The translations under genes and the position numbers were made by a program. A stretch of DNA of 64,000 nt. Source: Eledone cirrhosa. Taxonomy: Eukaryota. The stretch lies in NCBI GenBank assembly GCA_964016885.1, contig OZ024740.1:151528001-151592000 (forward strand), read 5' to 3'. The notes below the pieces were generated by a model that worked only from the letters and a program-made list of their open reading frames with translations, was not told where the DNA came from and made no database searches. Positions 13,285 through 26,329 of this stretch are shown here, one piece after another (the stretch's first letter is position 1; every line of letters begins with the position of its first letter).

Positions 13285-13498
13285 TCATTCAAAACATACT
13301 GGCATGAAATAGACTAGAGTCTTTATAGAATTTTGCGTGATGCTGGAGAAAATGGAAAACAGTGACTGTAAATGCTCATTTGCATATAGTCTATATACAG
13401 TCACTGTTTTCTATTTTCTCCAGCATCACGCAAAATTCTATATAGACTCTAGTCTATTTCATTCCAGTATGTTTTGAATGAGTGTCACTGACGAAAGA
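13268..13498. repeat. fold-back with ~100-bp arms
   Basis: tctttcgtcagtgacac..cagtgactgta is inverted as tacagtcactg..gtgtcactgacgaaaga. Confidence 0.85.
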
Positions 13499-13726
13499 GT
13501 ATATGATAGTGCAGATTTGGCTGTTTATAACTTATCGGCAGTAGCACTAACACAGCATTTAAGCACCATAGCCGTGTATATGAAAACATATACAAACATA
13601 TATAATGCGTTTATATACAATACATATATGAGTAGCCTCGCTTTCACAGAAAATATTTTTTCTTAACGAAAAAAATATTTTTCTCAATTTTCATGTGAAA
13701 CATGTAACTCTGTGATTTATTCACAA

Positions 13727-13761
<35 letters not shown>

Positions 13762-13820
13762 TCATACATGCATACATATATACATACATACATATAAAAT
13801 ATATATATATATATATATAG

Positions 13821-13888
<68 letters not shown>

Positions 13889-14679
13889 TCGTGCATGCTA
13901 GCTTGTTTGCGCGCGCGTGTGCTTCATTTTTTTTTCTTTTTCCCACTTTGAGTTAAGAAAGAAGAATTACTGACTCTAGTTTCAAAATAAAAATAATGCT
14001 TTAGCGTTTTTACGCTGTACTGAAAAGAAACAAAAAATTAGAAAAACTTATAAGATTTTTTAAACTTTCACTTTCCAAATCTTCTTCGAAATGTCGTCTA
14101 CAGGGGAAAAACTAATAGAAAATGCGAAATGCTGTACATAGTGAAAAAGAGGAGAGGGGGAGAGAAGAATGGATAACTATTGACTATGACGTAATTGTCA
14201 TCGGCCTGTTGCTCTGACTCTGACTCTGCTCTATAACTGGCAAATATTTTCTCCATTTCCAGTTCAGCTAAAATCTGTGACTTAGAAAAAAATGATAAAC
14301 CCGTTCTGATGTCTTCTGGTTCCATACGTACTTTTTTAAAACGAAAATATAGAAATTAAAACACATGTTACGTCTTCTGTTTCCATATAACTTTCTAATA
14401 GAATAAAGGTAAAATAAAATAAACATACAGTTTAGCTTTAAAATTTGACTTCATTGAATAGCAGTAATCTACACTTCACAAGGGGGATCTGAGTGGATCG
14501 ACCGACCAACCAAATTGACACTCGTACCTCTGTTGTATTTATAATATCATTTTTAGTGTTATATGTATGTATTTCATCTAATAGATGAATTCTGAGGCCA
14601 CTCAACTTTAAAATATTTTTCACTAACATTCAGTCCCTTCTTTAAATATTTACATATTAGGAAGTAATACGAACGGATG

Positions 14680-14830
14680 GCGCAGGGACTAAGCTATTTT
14701 CCACCATTCCAGGTTTTTCGTATACAAGCCGGCGCGGTTCGCTCTGAACACTCTAATTGTTCAGAGTGAACGTACCGTTCGCCTTGGATGCTCGGTTTAC
14801 CGAGCATCCAAGGCGAACCCTCTCAGGAAC
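14680..14830 (-). pseudogene. probable dispersed 18S rRNA fragment (V4 region)
   Basis: ctctgaacactctaattgttcagagtgaacg resembles the reverse complement of the conserved 18S stretch CGTTTACTTTGAAAAAATTAGAGTGTTCAAAG; flanking helices pair; GC-rich island. Confidence 0.5.
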
Positions 14831-16458
14831 AAGTGAGCCAAGAAGAAGAAGAAGAAGAAGAAGAAGTGGGGAGGAGGAGGAGGAGGGGAGGAAGCGGAGG
14901 AATTAATACTGTAATTGTAATCCATTTATGCATTCATGCTGGAACCCTTAACTAAAGATGAAGACATAGGGGCGTCATCGTGTCATGTGTCGGGGCCGTT
15001 TAAAATTAGCGGAATCCCTCCCTCCCCAGGGGTCTGAAGACAGCGTATCTCTTCCGGAGAGCATGAGGGAGCAGGTACAAAAGACATAAAGGAAACATCT
15101 ACCCATTACTAGATTGGTACTATATTTATCCACTGCGAAATGATGAAAAAGATTTAACTGCGACATGATTTTAACTTAGAGCACAGAGATCCAGAACCAA
15201 TACAGGAAAACATTCTATCTAGCGTTCTAACAACTTGTTAACCTGTTTGTATTTTCATGTACAGGCCGGTATGTACTCCGCTAAAGAGTGGTTCTAATAA
15301 TTCAATCCAATTTTTTCATCTGTAATAGTTATACCTGCTTAATCTAGGAATTGTAGTTAATAACGAATACGTATTTTTAATATATACGTATTTTTCCAAA
15401 ACCTCAAGATTTATTTCTCTCTCTTTGATCCACCTCTTTAATCATAAATTAATATAATTTATTCCGTTTAACTAGTTATCATAAATAAAATACGATTACA
15501 GTTTCTTGATTAAATATACTATGAATATTGATTTTATTTACAGTTTCAAACTTTTCATACATTAAGATAAACAAACCTAATTATATCTTTTATAATTATA
15601 CTTCTTATTTTGCATACATTTTCATTTCACACTCAATCCCTACAGTCAGACGTTGATAACTAGATAGATTTAAATATTGCTTACTTTAAAATGATGTTGC
15701 GGCATATATCCCTATAAATAATTCCTATTTGATTTGCATATATAAGATTTGCATATATAAGATTCTTACTTTGATTAAGATAAGGACAGATGTGATTGCA
15801 TACAATCACGAAATGCACCGTTGCTTGTTCGTTATTGCCGAGTTGAATATATTGTCTTCTTCCAATAAGGTTGAATATAAATATCGGATAATTAATGCTA
15901 CTGTTTGTCAGCTTTGATTGGGCATATTCTTTCTTTTAAATCATCAGCATTTCTTTCTGTCACAAATGGGAATGACGTAAAATATTTGCATAATGGCGAT
16001 TACTGATTTATTAGATAGACAAATCTATAGCTAAGATATAGTTGTTATAATGAATACATTTTCGCATAATCATATGTAGCTTCTATAGATACGTTTTATG
16101 ATAATTTGATGAACGTAAACTAGATGTTAAAAGCGATTATTGATAAAGATAAAATATATTATTATTGATACACACTTTCCGCTGTAATGAATACAATTTT
16201 CATATAATTTTTCGGTGAAGTTTATATAGTAAATTTGATATAAAGAGTAGCTTGTGTTTATAAATGATAACTTAATGATGCACTTCGGTGTTTTTCAACG
16301 ATTAAACACATACTCATTATATGTATCTATTTAATAATTAATCTTGTAATAAATTCTTTCATTTAAATATTTCAATTTCCCTTTTCTCACTTTTGAATCA
16401 AATGTTGAATAAGATATTCCCATTTTGGGAGTAATCATCTTAAAAATCTAGAAAATCG

Positions 16459-16495
<37 letters not shown>

Positions 16496-16974
16496 CCTCG
16501 CCGTTGTTGTCGTCGTCGTCATCATAATTTAGTGATGTTTTTAACTATGTAGTTGTTTTATTGAGGGCATTCACCGACACCGATGCTGGCATATATATAT
16601 ATATATATATATATATCTTTAACATCACTGATTCCCGATTTCTTGTAAATCAAAATCCTTTACTGTACTGACCTTGGTTAAGACGATGTGATGTTGTTAA
16701 CCACACGTAAGAAGACCTTCAACATCTGATGGACTTACTTGCCATTACTCGACCAACAAGCTCAACAACTTCACAATCACCACTTCTATGCGAAATGAAA
16801 ACATCCCCTCAACTAATCAACTCAGTACCAAACCAACTTTCCTCAAAACCCACTAAAGGCACATCTACATTTAAACACTTCTTTATACATACACAAATAT
16901 CTAAATTAGTATCCTTACCTCCAATATAAAATATTAGAACTGGTGCAGATCACTAACTATAATACTAAATCAGT

Positions 16975-17009
<35 letters not shown>

Positions 17010-17716
17010 TCGCAGAGAAGCATTCGTAGATGCATGCGCGCACATGAACGTGTGTATATATATATATACACATATAGACTCGCGCGTACTTATATGCAGA
17101 ACGTGCTCAGTTTAACCCTATACGTGACGTTCAAAAACTTACTGAAATATCGACAGCTCCCGCTATCCACAAATAAGCACATACATAATCACTCATACAT
17201 ACGGACAGACGCCCCTACAAATACGCACACAGAAACACAAACATGTACATTTAAACATACACATACTAGCACAAACACTGTCCCATCAGGAACACTATCA
17301 GCGTTAAAAGTCGGTAAACTGATAAAATAGACCATTCACCAGAGTGATATATTTTGTAAGGATGGCGTCACTCATCTTTTCTCCCCACTCTGTAACATAC
17401 TTCCTCCGCGTGACCATATCAATGCTTATTTGAACCAACTAAGAAACCAACAAAAAACAAAGATATACACACACGCCACCACACACACACACACTCACAT
17501 ATTTCCGTATACATATATGCATAGACACATTTACACTGGTCATATAACCCTTGTGTCCCAATTTGGAAATGTTCACCAGTTCAGATATATATCTTTACCA
17601 ATCTCATTCATCACCTATATACACATTCATATACACATAAAGACAGGAGAGGATACATGTACACACAACTGGAAACGCTCAGACATACACACAGACACAC
17701 ACAGAGACACAGACAC

Positions 17717-17753
<37 letters not shown>

Positions 17754-17849
17754 TTAATTATTTATTATTATTACTATATATATATCTATACATATATATT
17801 CGTATACCTCGGTTTTCAAACAAGAGTAAAAAGAGTAGAGAATATATAT

Positions 17850-18281
17850 ATATTTTGTTTCTGAATTTGTTTAGCAAGATTCTTTATCTGAAAACGTGTG
17901 TTGAAACCGATATTGTTATACTTTGGGAGGGTCATGTTGCCAATAAGAAACACACGCACCAGTTGCTCTCACTTCAATTTATTATAAGTTTCCGGTTGGT
18001 TGGTTGGTTCCACAACCGGATGTTTGTTTATATATTGTCAAAGTTCTTTCGTCACACATTCTGTGACCTCTTCAGTGACTGGGGATTCTTTTCTTTGTTT
18101 TGTGCCTCTCCTTTGTTCTGTCCTACGCCATCTTGTTTTTGTGTGTGTTGTGTGCTTAGTTTGCGCATGTGTTACATCCGGGTATCTGTGTGTGTTTATA
18201 TTTGTTTATTTATTTGTTTATTTACATGTTACTGGTTGGTTTGTTCTATGTGTGTGTGTGTTTTCATTTTGTCCTTAATTT
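17850..18281 (-). mobile_element. solo PLE pseudo-LTR / 3' UTR
   Basis: High identity to 60430-60810, which directly follows a GIY-YIG ORF. Confidence 0.85.
18037..18079 (-). ncRNA. minimal hammerhead ribozyme in the pseudo-LTR
   Basis: gtca-CTGAAGA-g gtcac agaatgt gtgac-GAAA-gaac-TT-tgac. Confidence 0.65.
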
Positions 18282-18628
18282 TTGCTGATAAGCATGAGGT
18301 TTTTCATCCATGGATTCACTGCGATATTGCTGAGCGATATCCCTGGGTGTGAGTTTTTGATTATTACACAGGGAATATCTCTCGAGGAGTTCCTTCCCAA
18401 CTCTCATGATCTTATCTGTTAGATGCAGATAGACTTGCTCGAGAAAGGGGCTCCTACGCTTCGAGGTTCGTAGATGTTGTCGGAGAGATATGAAGCGACA
18501 TTCAAATGTTGTCTGGACTGATGTTAGACCTCTGTCTCCCTGCTTACGTTTAAAGTAAAGGCGATCTATGTCACTGTTGATGTGGAAGTTTCCGGTGTTG
18601 TTCAGTATTTTTCGAGTTCCAACATCAA
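18282..18628 (-). mobile_element. internal fragment of R4/Dong-like LINE
   Basis: DVGTRKILNNTGNFHINSDIDRLYFKRKQGDRGLTSV; homologous to 2600-2930. Confidence 0.8.
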
Positions 18629-18675
18629 TTGTATGTATGTATGTATGTATGTATGTATGTATGTATGTATGTATG

Positions 18676-18706
<31 letters not shown>

Positions 18707-18727
18707 CATGTATCTGGTACATGTATC

Positions 18728-19286
18728 CCAGTGCAACCTGTCTCAAGGTCGGGTCGTTGGCGACTAAACTGGCAACCCCACCAAGGTTTCTTGGTGAGGA
18801 GGGTGACTTTGGACATCCTGCAGGACTAAAATCAAAACCTGTCAAAGGGCAAAGGAGCTCTTACGAGTCAAAATCACCGGGAGAGATGACCCCTTAGCCT
18901 TTGTCAAGGCAGAATTCTAGAAGGAAAACTCTGATATAACACCTGCAACTCTGATGGTATCCAATGATGTTGACTTGTTCTTCTTTTTGGTAAATATCAT
19001 CTTGGTTAAGAGAGTGGGACTGGCTTTGTGCAGTGCCTTTGCTCACTATAAAAGCTTCACGGCACAGGCATTGCTTTATATATGTAGATCTCTCTGCACT
19101 TGTCGTCACATGGTACCATGGGCCCAGCACTATGTGTCAATAATTGTCACAAGTGTAGTGTTTGTACCAGAGTTTTCAAGTCGCTGGCTGGACTAAAAAG
19201 TCACACTCGTTCAGCGCATCGGTAGGGGTTCTCCTACATGGATATAAAGTTGTGGCTGTACTCGAAAACGAGTTGGCAGCCACCAT
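18728..19286 (+). mobile_element. non-autonomous RTE-like element (5' UTR fused to zinc-finger 3' end) between (TATG)n tracts
   Basis: 3' end encodes CSVCTRVFKSLAGLKSHTRSAH; near-identical copies at 50.4 and 63.0 kb and a relative at 20.6 kb. Confidence 0.7.
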
Positions 19287-19304
19287 GTATGTATGTATGT
19301 ATGA

Positions 19305-19780
19305 ATCTCTGCTGATACATGGGAAAATGTTGCTGCTGATCGTGATAAATGGAGAAAGGCTGCATATGAGGGGAAAGTTGCCTTTTAGGTATCTCGAATC
19401 GCATACGAGAAAGAAAAGCGGGATGTGAGGAAGGGTGTTGCTGTTGCATTTCCAGAGCGCGCAGGTCCTCGTATGGCGCTGACATGCATCGTCTGTGCGA
19501 GACTCTGCCTAAGCAAAGCTGGACTCAAAGTCATCTTCGCAGTCATAAAGTAAGACCAGTGGTTGACTACAAGGCTGCTGTTGGAGATGCTACTCATTAT
19601 GCTTGCCAAGCATGTGGTAGAGTATGTAAATCAGCAGGAAGGCTCAAACGGCATGCAAAAGTACATGAACTCCAACCACAGCCGACTATTCCCAGTGAAT
19701 GTTTTGGTTGCCGACTCTGTGCAAGACATTTTACATCATTGGCTTGGCTAAAAAGCCACAGTTGATCGCAGCGCTGTTAA
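19305..19780 (+). mobile_element. 3' fragment of an RTE-type LINE with tandem C2H2 zinc fingers
   Basis: ADRDKWRKAAYEG followed by CIVCARLCLSKAGLKSHLRSH, CQACGRVCKSAGRLKRHAKVH and CRLCARHFTSLAWLKSH. Confidence 0.7.
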
Positions 19781-20079
19781 TTGTTATCGTGTGTGTGTGT
19801 GTCGATTAATTTATGTGTGTGTGTGTATATATATATATATGTGTGTCTCTTATTATTGTTGTTGTTTTTGTCGTTATTATTATTGTTGTTATTATTATTA
19901 TTATTGTTATTATTATGGGGATTTTTTCTCGTGCCATACTCGATAACGAGGGGCCAGCCATTATTTATGTATGTACGGGTTTGTGTGTGTATGTGTGTAT
20001 ATGTGTATGTATGTCTACGTCTATGCCTGTAAACCTACCTATGTGTTCAGTATATGTCATGATATGGCAGCATCCTTAG

Positions 20080-20215
20080 AACTACGGATAGAACGATTAG
20101 CGGTATTCGTTTCGGCTCACTTCTCTCTGAGTTCAAATCCCACCGATGTCACCTTTGACTGTCATCCATTTGAAGTCGATAAAATAGGGTACTCATCAAG
20201 TGCTGGGGTCAATTC
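20080..20215 (+). mobile_element. tRNA-derived SINE, diverged
   Basis: gagttcaaatccc..tttgactgtcatccatttgaagtcgataaaat. Confidence 0.65.
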
Positions 20216-20577
20216 TTCCTCTATTTCTTACTTATCTCACTCTCTATCCTTCTTTGGAAGATACCTTCTGTATTCAGACCTTGGAAGTTATAGAAACGTT
20301 AAGAGACCATCCATGCATATCTCGTACTGAACAGCCCAAGCGTCGACTTTATTTGTATGTATGTATGCATGTATGCATGCATGCAGGCATGTATGTATGT
20401 ATGTATGCATCTATGTATGTATGTATACATGTGTGTATGTATGCATGCATGCAGGCATGTATCTATGTATGCATGCATGCATATATGTATGCATGTATGT
20501 ATGTATGTATGTGTGTATGTATGTATGTGTGTATGCATCTATGTATGTATGTATGTATGTATGTATGTATGTATGCA

Positions 20578-21032
20578 TGGTCGGCTCGTCAGCGACTAAA
20601 CTGACAACTCCACCAAGCTTGCTTGGTGAGGAGGGTGATATTTGGACACCCTGCGGGATGAAATACAAGACCCGGCAAAGGGCACAGGAACTCGGCAGAG
20701 TTAACGGCCATCCAAATATCACTTTTGCTTTTTTACCTGCGAGTGAAAGGCCTCCAGTTGTTGTCACAACACCTTTCTAGGAGAGAGAAACTCTGAAGAA
20801 AAAAACCCTGCGGCTTCGGAAGCATCCGATGATGTTGACCAGTTCTTCTTTTTGGATAGTGTTTTCGGTGCCCGAGTGCAAGGCCTTTCCCCACTTGAAA
20901 AACCTTCAAAGCACAGACATTTCTTGTTCAGGATATGTTATAGGTTCGTGTGGTTGGCCGTAGCCTAAAAGTTCACCGAACTCTATAATCTGACAAGCGA
21001 TTGCAATACTCTTAGCAGAGTTTGCAGCCATC
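20578..21032 (+). mobile_element. non-autonomous RTE-like element related to 18728-19286
   Basis: Shares gcgactaaactg..cttggtgaggagggtga and the 3' end gagtttgcagccatcatgtatg. Confidence 0.6.
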
Positions 21033-21240
21033 ATGTATGGAGGTAGGTAGGGAGGTATAGGAAGGTAGGTATATAGGTAGGAAGTTGGTAGTAGGTAACA
21101 ATGACACAAATAGGAAGAAAACGATTGATCAACCTAAGTGTTTAAATTAAAATATACTAAAGTGAAAAAATGTGATAAACAATACTGAGATGGACAGAAG
21201 TTATTATAAGATACATAATAATTAACCCGTATACTAAAAA

Positions 21241-21430
21241 ATTGTTTCTACTTTTGGCAAAAGGCCAGCAATTATCTCATTGCATTACTGGTGCTTTATT
21301 TTATCGACCCCGTCAGGATGAAAGGCAAAGTTAACCTCGGTGGGATTTGAACTCAGACCATAAAGGGGCGTAACTCCATGCTGCAAAGCATGGTGTCCGA
21401 CCCTCCCCTGATACTGCCAATTCACCACCT
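21241..21430 (-). mobile_element. tRNA-derived SINE
   Basis: Reverse complement of the 3376-3565 family. Confidence 0.85.
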
Positions 21431-21521
21431 TTTATAGTTATATGAGAAAGTTAATAAATGTTCAGGGTATCCCAGTTGTGCGATTAATTGAAATGTGTAT
21501 TCATTAAATGAACTTGTTGAT

Positions 21522-21590
21522 GGCTAATATTCCACAGATGCTAATATTCCACAGATGCTAAAATTCCACAGATGCTAATATTCCACAGAT
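21522..21590. repeat. 4 x 17-bp tandem repeat (gctaatattccacagat) inside an old SINE
   Basis: Direct reading. Confidence 0.85.
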
Positions 21591-22794
21591 CCTTGATAAA
21601 TTTCTCGGGTAGATTCTGTATGACACAAATTTTGCCAAGACTGGTCGCCTAAATTACATGGAGAATCCAGCCGACGGACTTACTGAGTTTACATCTTTCT
21701 AATTTCATTTATAATGCTTGGTTCGACCAGAGGCTATGATAAAAAGAATTTAACTATGATACCAACAATGGTATCGAACATGAGACTTCGTAAGTTGAAA
21801 CAGATTTCATGAACATTCGGTCATGATTCCTATCCAAACATGTAACTTATATATACACACAACGATGCGTGGAAGCGTCGGAGATCCGTCGGTTCCTACG
21901 ATGAGTATTCCAGTTGTTTAATCGACAGGACAGCTTATACGTAAATTTAACATTCAAGTGACTAAATATTCCAGAGACTCGTGCACTCATAATGTAGTCT
22001 CAGTGAAATCCAGCATGACACAGTGTGTCAATTATGGTCTACATAACTCATTTTTTAAAGTTGTGTAGACTGGAGCGACGTGAAATTGAATATCTTGCTC
22101 ATGTATTCAAGAAGACGCAGGGAATCCAACTCACGATCCTACGAACCTGAGCCAAACACACTAACCCTGCGCTTTCCTTCAACCGAAGCATACACAGAGA
22201 CAAAGTAGAAATACAAATTCCTGTTGCATGTAAAGTTGTTTGTAGCCGTCATCCAGAAGCAACAATAAGAACAACAACAGCATCATCAACAACTACTTTC
22301 AGCCAATCAATAACGTAATGAACTGGTCATGAAATAATCTTAAAACTGGATTTGATCGTTGTTACTTGTCAGTGGGTAGACTGTCAGTGGCGGCAACCTT
22401 TGTGTCAAAGTTTAATTTGACCAGATTTTACTAGCAGCAACAACAACAAACACGGACGAAAATGAGGAAGACACATACGTGGATGTTTGCCTCTTTAGAA
22501 AGAGTAGAATGTTTGTTAAGATAGGATGATTACACCTTGGATGATTCTTTAAACGAAGGTCAGTTCGATAACAACAATAACAATAAAACAACAAAATATT
22601 AACGGCAGCCTTTTCGAAAAGTCAAGGAAAAACTTTCCTACTTTGTGGATGGTATTTTTTCCTTTGTCTTTTTTGAAAAGGCTGCTGTTCATACTTTTGT
22701 TGTTGTTGTTGTCAAACAGCTTTCGATTAATCTAAATTCATTAGAGCCCCTGCTCTATCTATTACATGACAATATTGTTATTGTTATTTTGCAG

Positions 22795-22933
22795 CAAAGA
22801 GTTACGGCCCTTTATGGTCTGAGTTCAAATCCCGCCGAGGTTAACTTTGCCTTTCATCCTTACGGGGTCGATAAAATAAAGTACCAGTAATACACTGGGT
22901 AATTGCTGGCCTTGTGTCAAAAGTAGAAACAAT
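22795..22933 (+). mobile_element. 5'-truncated tRNA-derived SINE
   Basis: Same family as 3376-3565. Confidence 0.85.
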
Positions 22934-23527
22934 TATTGTTATTGTTACTGTTGTCCGTTTTGTTGTTATTAGTTTTGTTGTTGTTTCTGTCACAGCTATG
23001 ACTGTTGTTGCTTTCAGTGATATTGTTTATATGTGTCATGGAGGTGGTTCTGGTAACAGTGATTGTAATGCTCCGACGACTGTTACTCAACGAATGTGTG
23101 TTGTCATTTGGTCTCAAAGTAAAAGTTTGCTATGACCTTTTCTAGTCGCTGCTAATGTTATAGTTTTTGCTAGTGTGAGCATTTGTTGTTTCGGTGGTGG
23201 TGATAAAGGTATTCTGGTGAGATGTTGCCAAGACGTGAAAAGAAAGGTGATATTCTACTGTGGCGTCGGCTTTTTTGTTTGCAGGGAATAAAAACCTGGT
23301 GACGCCATATTGAAATTATGGATTTTTCTCCAATTAAGAATCCAAAAATTGTTTTTGAATTTCTGCCCTGTAGAAGGAAAATAACGGCTTCCCACTTTAC
23401 AACGAGTAATAGGGTGCCTTATTAACACGAATATAACATAGAGTGAAATAATATGTCTGTCGTAAACAATGAAAACCAGTAACTTGCTGGAGCCAAAGAG
23501 AATCGCGTTTCAAGTAAAAAATAGCAT

Positions 23528-23579
<52 letters not shown>

Positions 23580-23689
23580 GCAAGAACCCTCCGATACGTC
23601 CTGGATATCTGAGGCTGCAGGTAGTGGCTTGATATTCATTTCAATAAACTTTCCAGTTAAATAACATCAATGACTGAGACTCAAAGAAC
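23580..23689 (+). mobile_element. very short 3' end of a Dong/R4-like LINE in (TAA)n
   Basis: Homologous to 24190-24289; (TAA)n on both sides. Confidence 0.8.
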
Positions 23690-23755
<66 letters not shown>

Positions 23756-23756
<1 letters not shown>

Positions 23757-24289
23757 TGATAGGAAAGGTGATTCATTGGCATTTATGCACACTAAACAAT
23801 TAACCACATCCCGAGAAGTGGTATGAGCATAAGCCAGAGTCGGTGATAGAAAACGATCAGGTGAAGGTGCTATGGGATTTCAGGATACAGACAGACAAGT
23901 AATTAGAACACAACATGCCTGACTTGGTGGTTTTTGACAAGAAAAAAAGATCGTGCCTAATTGTAGATGTAGTCTGCCCCTTTGACATGGGTGTGCAAGA
24001 AAAGGAGAAAATTAACCGATACCAGGATTTAAAGTGGGAGTTAAAAAGGATTTGGTCATGAGATCAAGGTCGTCCCAATTGTCATAGGAGCACTAGGTAA
24101 TATCTCAAAGAGTATTCAAGGATGGTTAAAGGGCATTAGTCCAGCCCCGTTTTTTTGGAACACTTCAAAAGGTTTCCTTGCTGGGAACAGCAAGAACCCT
24201 ACGATATGTCCTGAATATCTGAGGATGCAGGTAGCGGCTTGATATTCATTTGAACAAACTTTCCAGTTAAATGGACTAAGACTGAAAGA
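23756..24289 (+). mobile_element. 5'-truncated Dong/R4-like LINE (RLE domain) in (TAA)n
   Basis: WYEHKPESVIENDQVKVLWDFRIQTDK..PDLVVFDKKKRSCLIVDVVCP..RYQDLKWEL..VVPIVIGALG. Confidence 0.85.
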
Positions 24290-24372
24290 ATAATAATAGG
24301 GATAATAATAATAATAGCAGCATCAGTAGCAGAAGCAGCAGTGGCAGCAGCAGTAGTAGTAGTAGAAGTAAA

Positions 24373-24434
<62 letters not shown>

Positions 24435-25394
24435 ATAAATTCTTACATGAACAACACTTCATATTTGGAAACAAATAAAGAGGTACCCAACGGAAATTAT
24501 GACAATCTAAATAAAAGGCCGGATTGTTCTCCCCACTTCTCAGAGATAAAAGAAAAATATGTTTTATAAAAAGATTTATTAAAAAACATGATAAATTGAC
24601 ACTTCAATGAATGAAGTGTTACCCGTGTTATTACCATGTTTGAATTGTTTTATCATTTAGGTGAGTGATTGTGTTTGAAGTGGTAATTGAAATTGTACCA
24701 TGAATATCGTTTTCCACTGCAATTCACTTTCACACATGTAAGTAATAGAAATGGCAGAAAATTTCTAAATGCATGAGTCTGAATATTATTGTACATGCTC
24801 GCGTAAAACGATTTTTACCGTGATGAATTAGTCCTAGATACGTTTTGTAATGATATTCACATCTGAAAAAGAAAGTGTTCATTATGAAAAATAACTCATT
24901 CTTTGTAATGTTTACCTTTAGGAAATAACGTAAGAATTCATGACAGTTGTTTCAAACGATGAATAATTTCAAATCAAATAGCTTCATTTTCTCCGGTGGT
25001 TGCATTATGACATGTAAATTGAATTAAAATTTTACATTCAAACCTCGCAATACAGAGTTTTAAATTTTCAAGAATCGTTTTAGGTATTCTCTGATGAAAA
25101 AATATATATGTATCTTTTCTTTGTCTAAAAATACATATTGCTCAACATTCCGAATACTTATTTAAGATATTTCAGTATTATTGTTGGAGAAATTATTCAA
25201 GTTGTTGCTTCAATTCAAAATATAGATTGACAATTTTCCCTGTACACGATCACTGTGTAGTATTATAAAATAACAACCTGGCGGAGATCAGTGATATAGT
25301 TGGCCTCCATATATGAAACAGAGTAAAATCACTGTTCAGGGGGGATTAGATGTGACCTATACCGTGATGAATGTCAAAGTTATATTTTTTTCTA

Positions 25395-25505
25395 ATATCG
25401 GGAGTGAAATTACCTGGAGTGAAATTGAGTGGCAGTCAAATTATCGGGGGTCAAATTACCGGAATCAAAATTCAGGGAGTGAAATTACGAGGAGTCAAAT
25501 TACAT
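25395..25505. repeat. short tandem array of gggagtgaaattac/gggtcaaattac units
   Basis: About six diverged units read directly. Confidence 0.6.
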
Positions 25506-25544
25506 AAAACCATATCTATCTATCTATCTGTGGCTAATAATGAA

Positions 25545-25592
<48 letters not shown>

Positions 25593-26284
25593 CTCTCTAT
25601 CTATCTATCTATCTTTCTATCTATCTATCTCTCTCTATATATATATCACCACCACAACAACAAACAGCATATACACACAACACCAGCTGAACCATCACCT
25701 TCGCCAACACCACCATCACCGCTAATATCAACAGCATCACCGCCATTATCATCTCCATTACCGCCACACCTTCCGTACCATTCACCCTGGGGGGTGCCCA
25801 CATTTACACCGATTCTCTCCCACAATCACAGGCGCTCTTTCAACCTCCGTCCCTATACGCTCTTTGACCACTGAATATAACACATCCATCCCCACCTCCA
25901 AGTCCTCCCGTAGAACTCGGCCACTACCATCTCCCCCCCCCCCCACACACATATATACACACAAATATACACACCTACACACGCATAGATGCATCCTAAT
26001 ATGCACCCCACCTAAACACAGCGATCAACTACACATTTGCTCCACTCACCTAGACCCCTCACACCTGAAACACAGACCACTCCCCTATCCATCACTACTA
26101 CCCCAGCTATCCCTTTTGTTTAAAAAAGGGATTTTTTCTTTGCGCTTTTCCTTTGACTATGTAACTCATGCTCTATTAAGCGTGAAACTAATACGTTATT
26201 ATTTCATTGTCTACATATCCTAATGCTCTTGTTAAACATGTTAATGCTGTTGTTTGTTCATTTCTAGTTTTCCTTACATACACA

Positions 26285-26329
<45 letters not shown>

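Noticed and set aside
19484-19765. Host C2H2 zinc-finger gene
   Set aside because: Preceded by an RTE C-terminal motif, frameshifted and embedded among LINE fragments
21522-21590. Short direct repeats as a CRISPR array
   Set aside because: No spacers; simple tandem duplication in eukaryotic DNA
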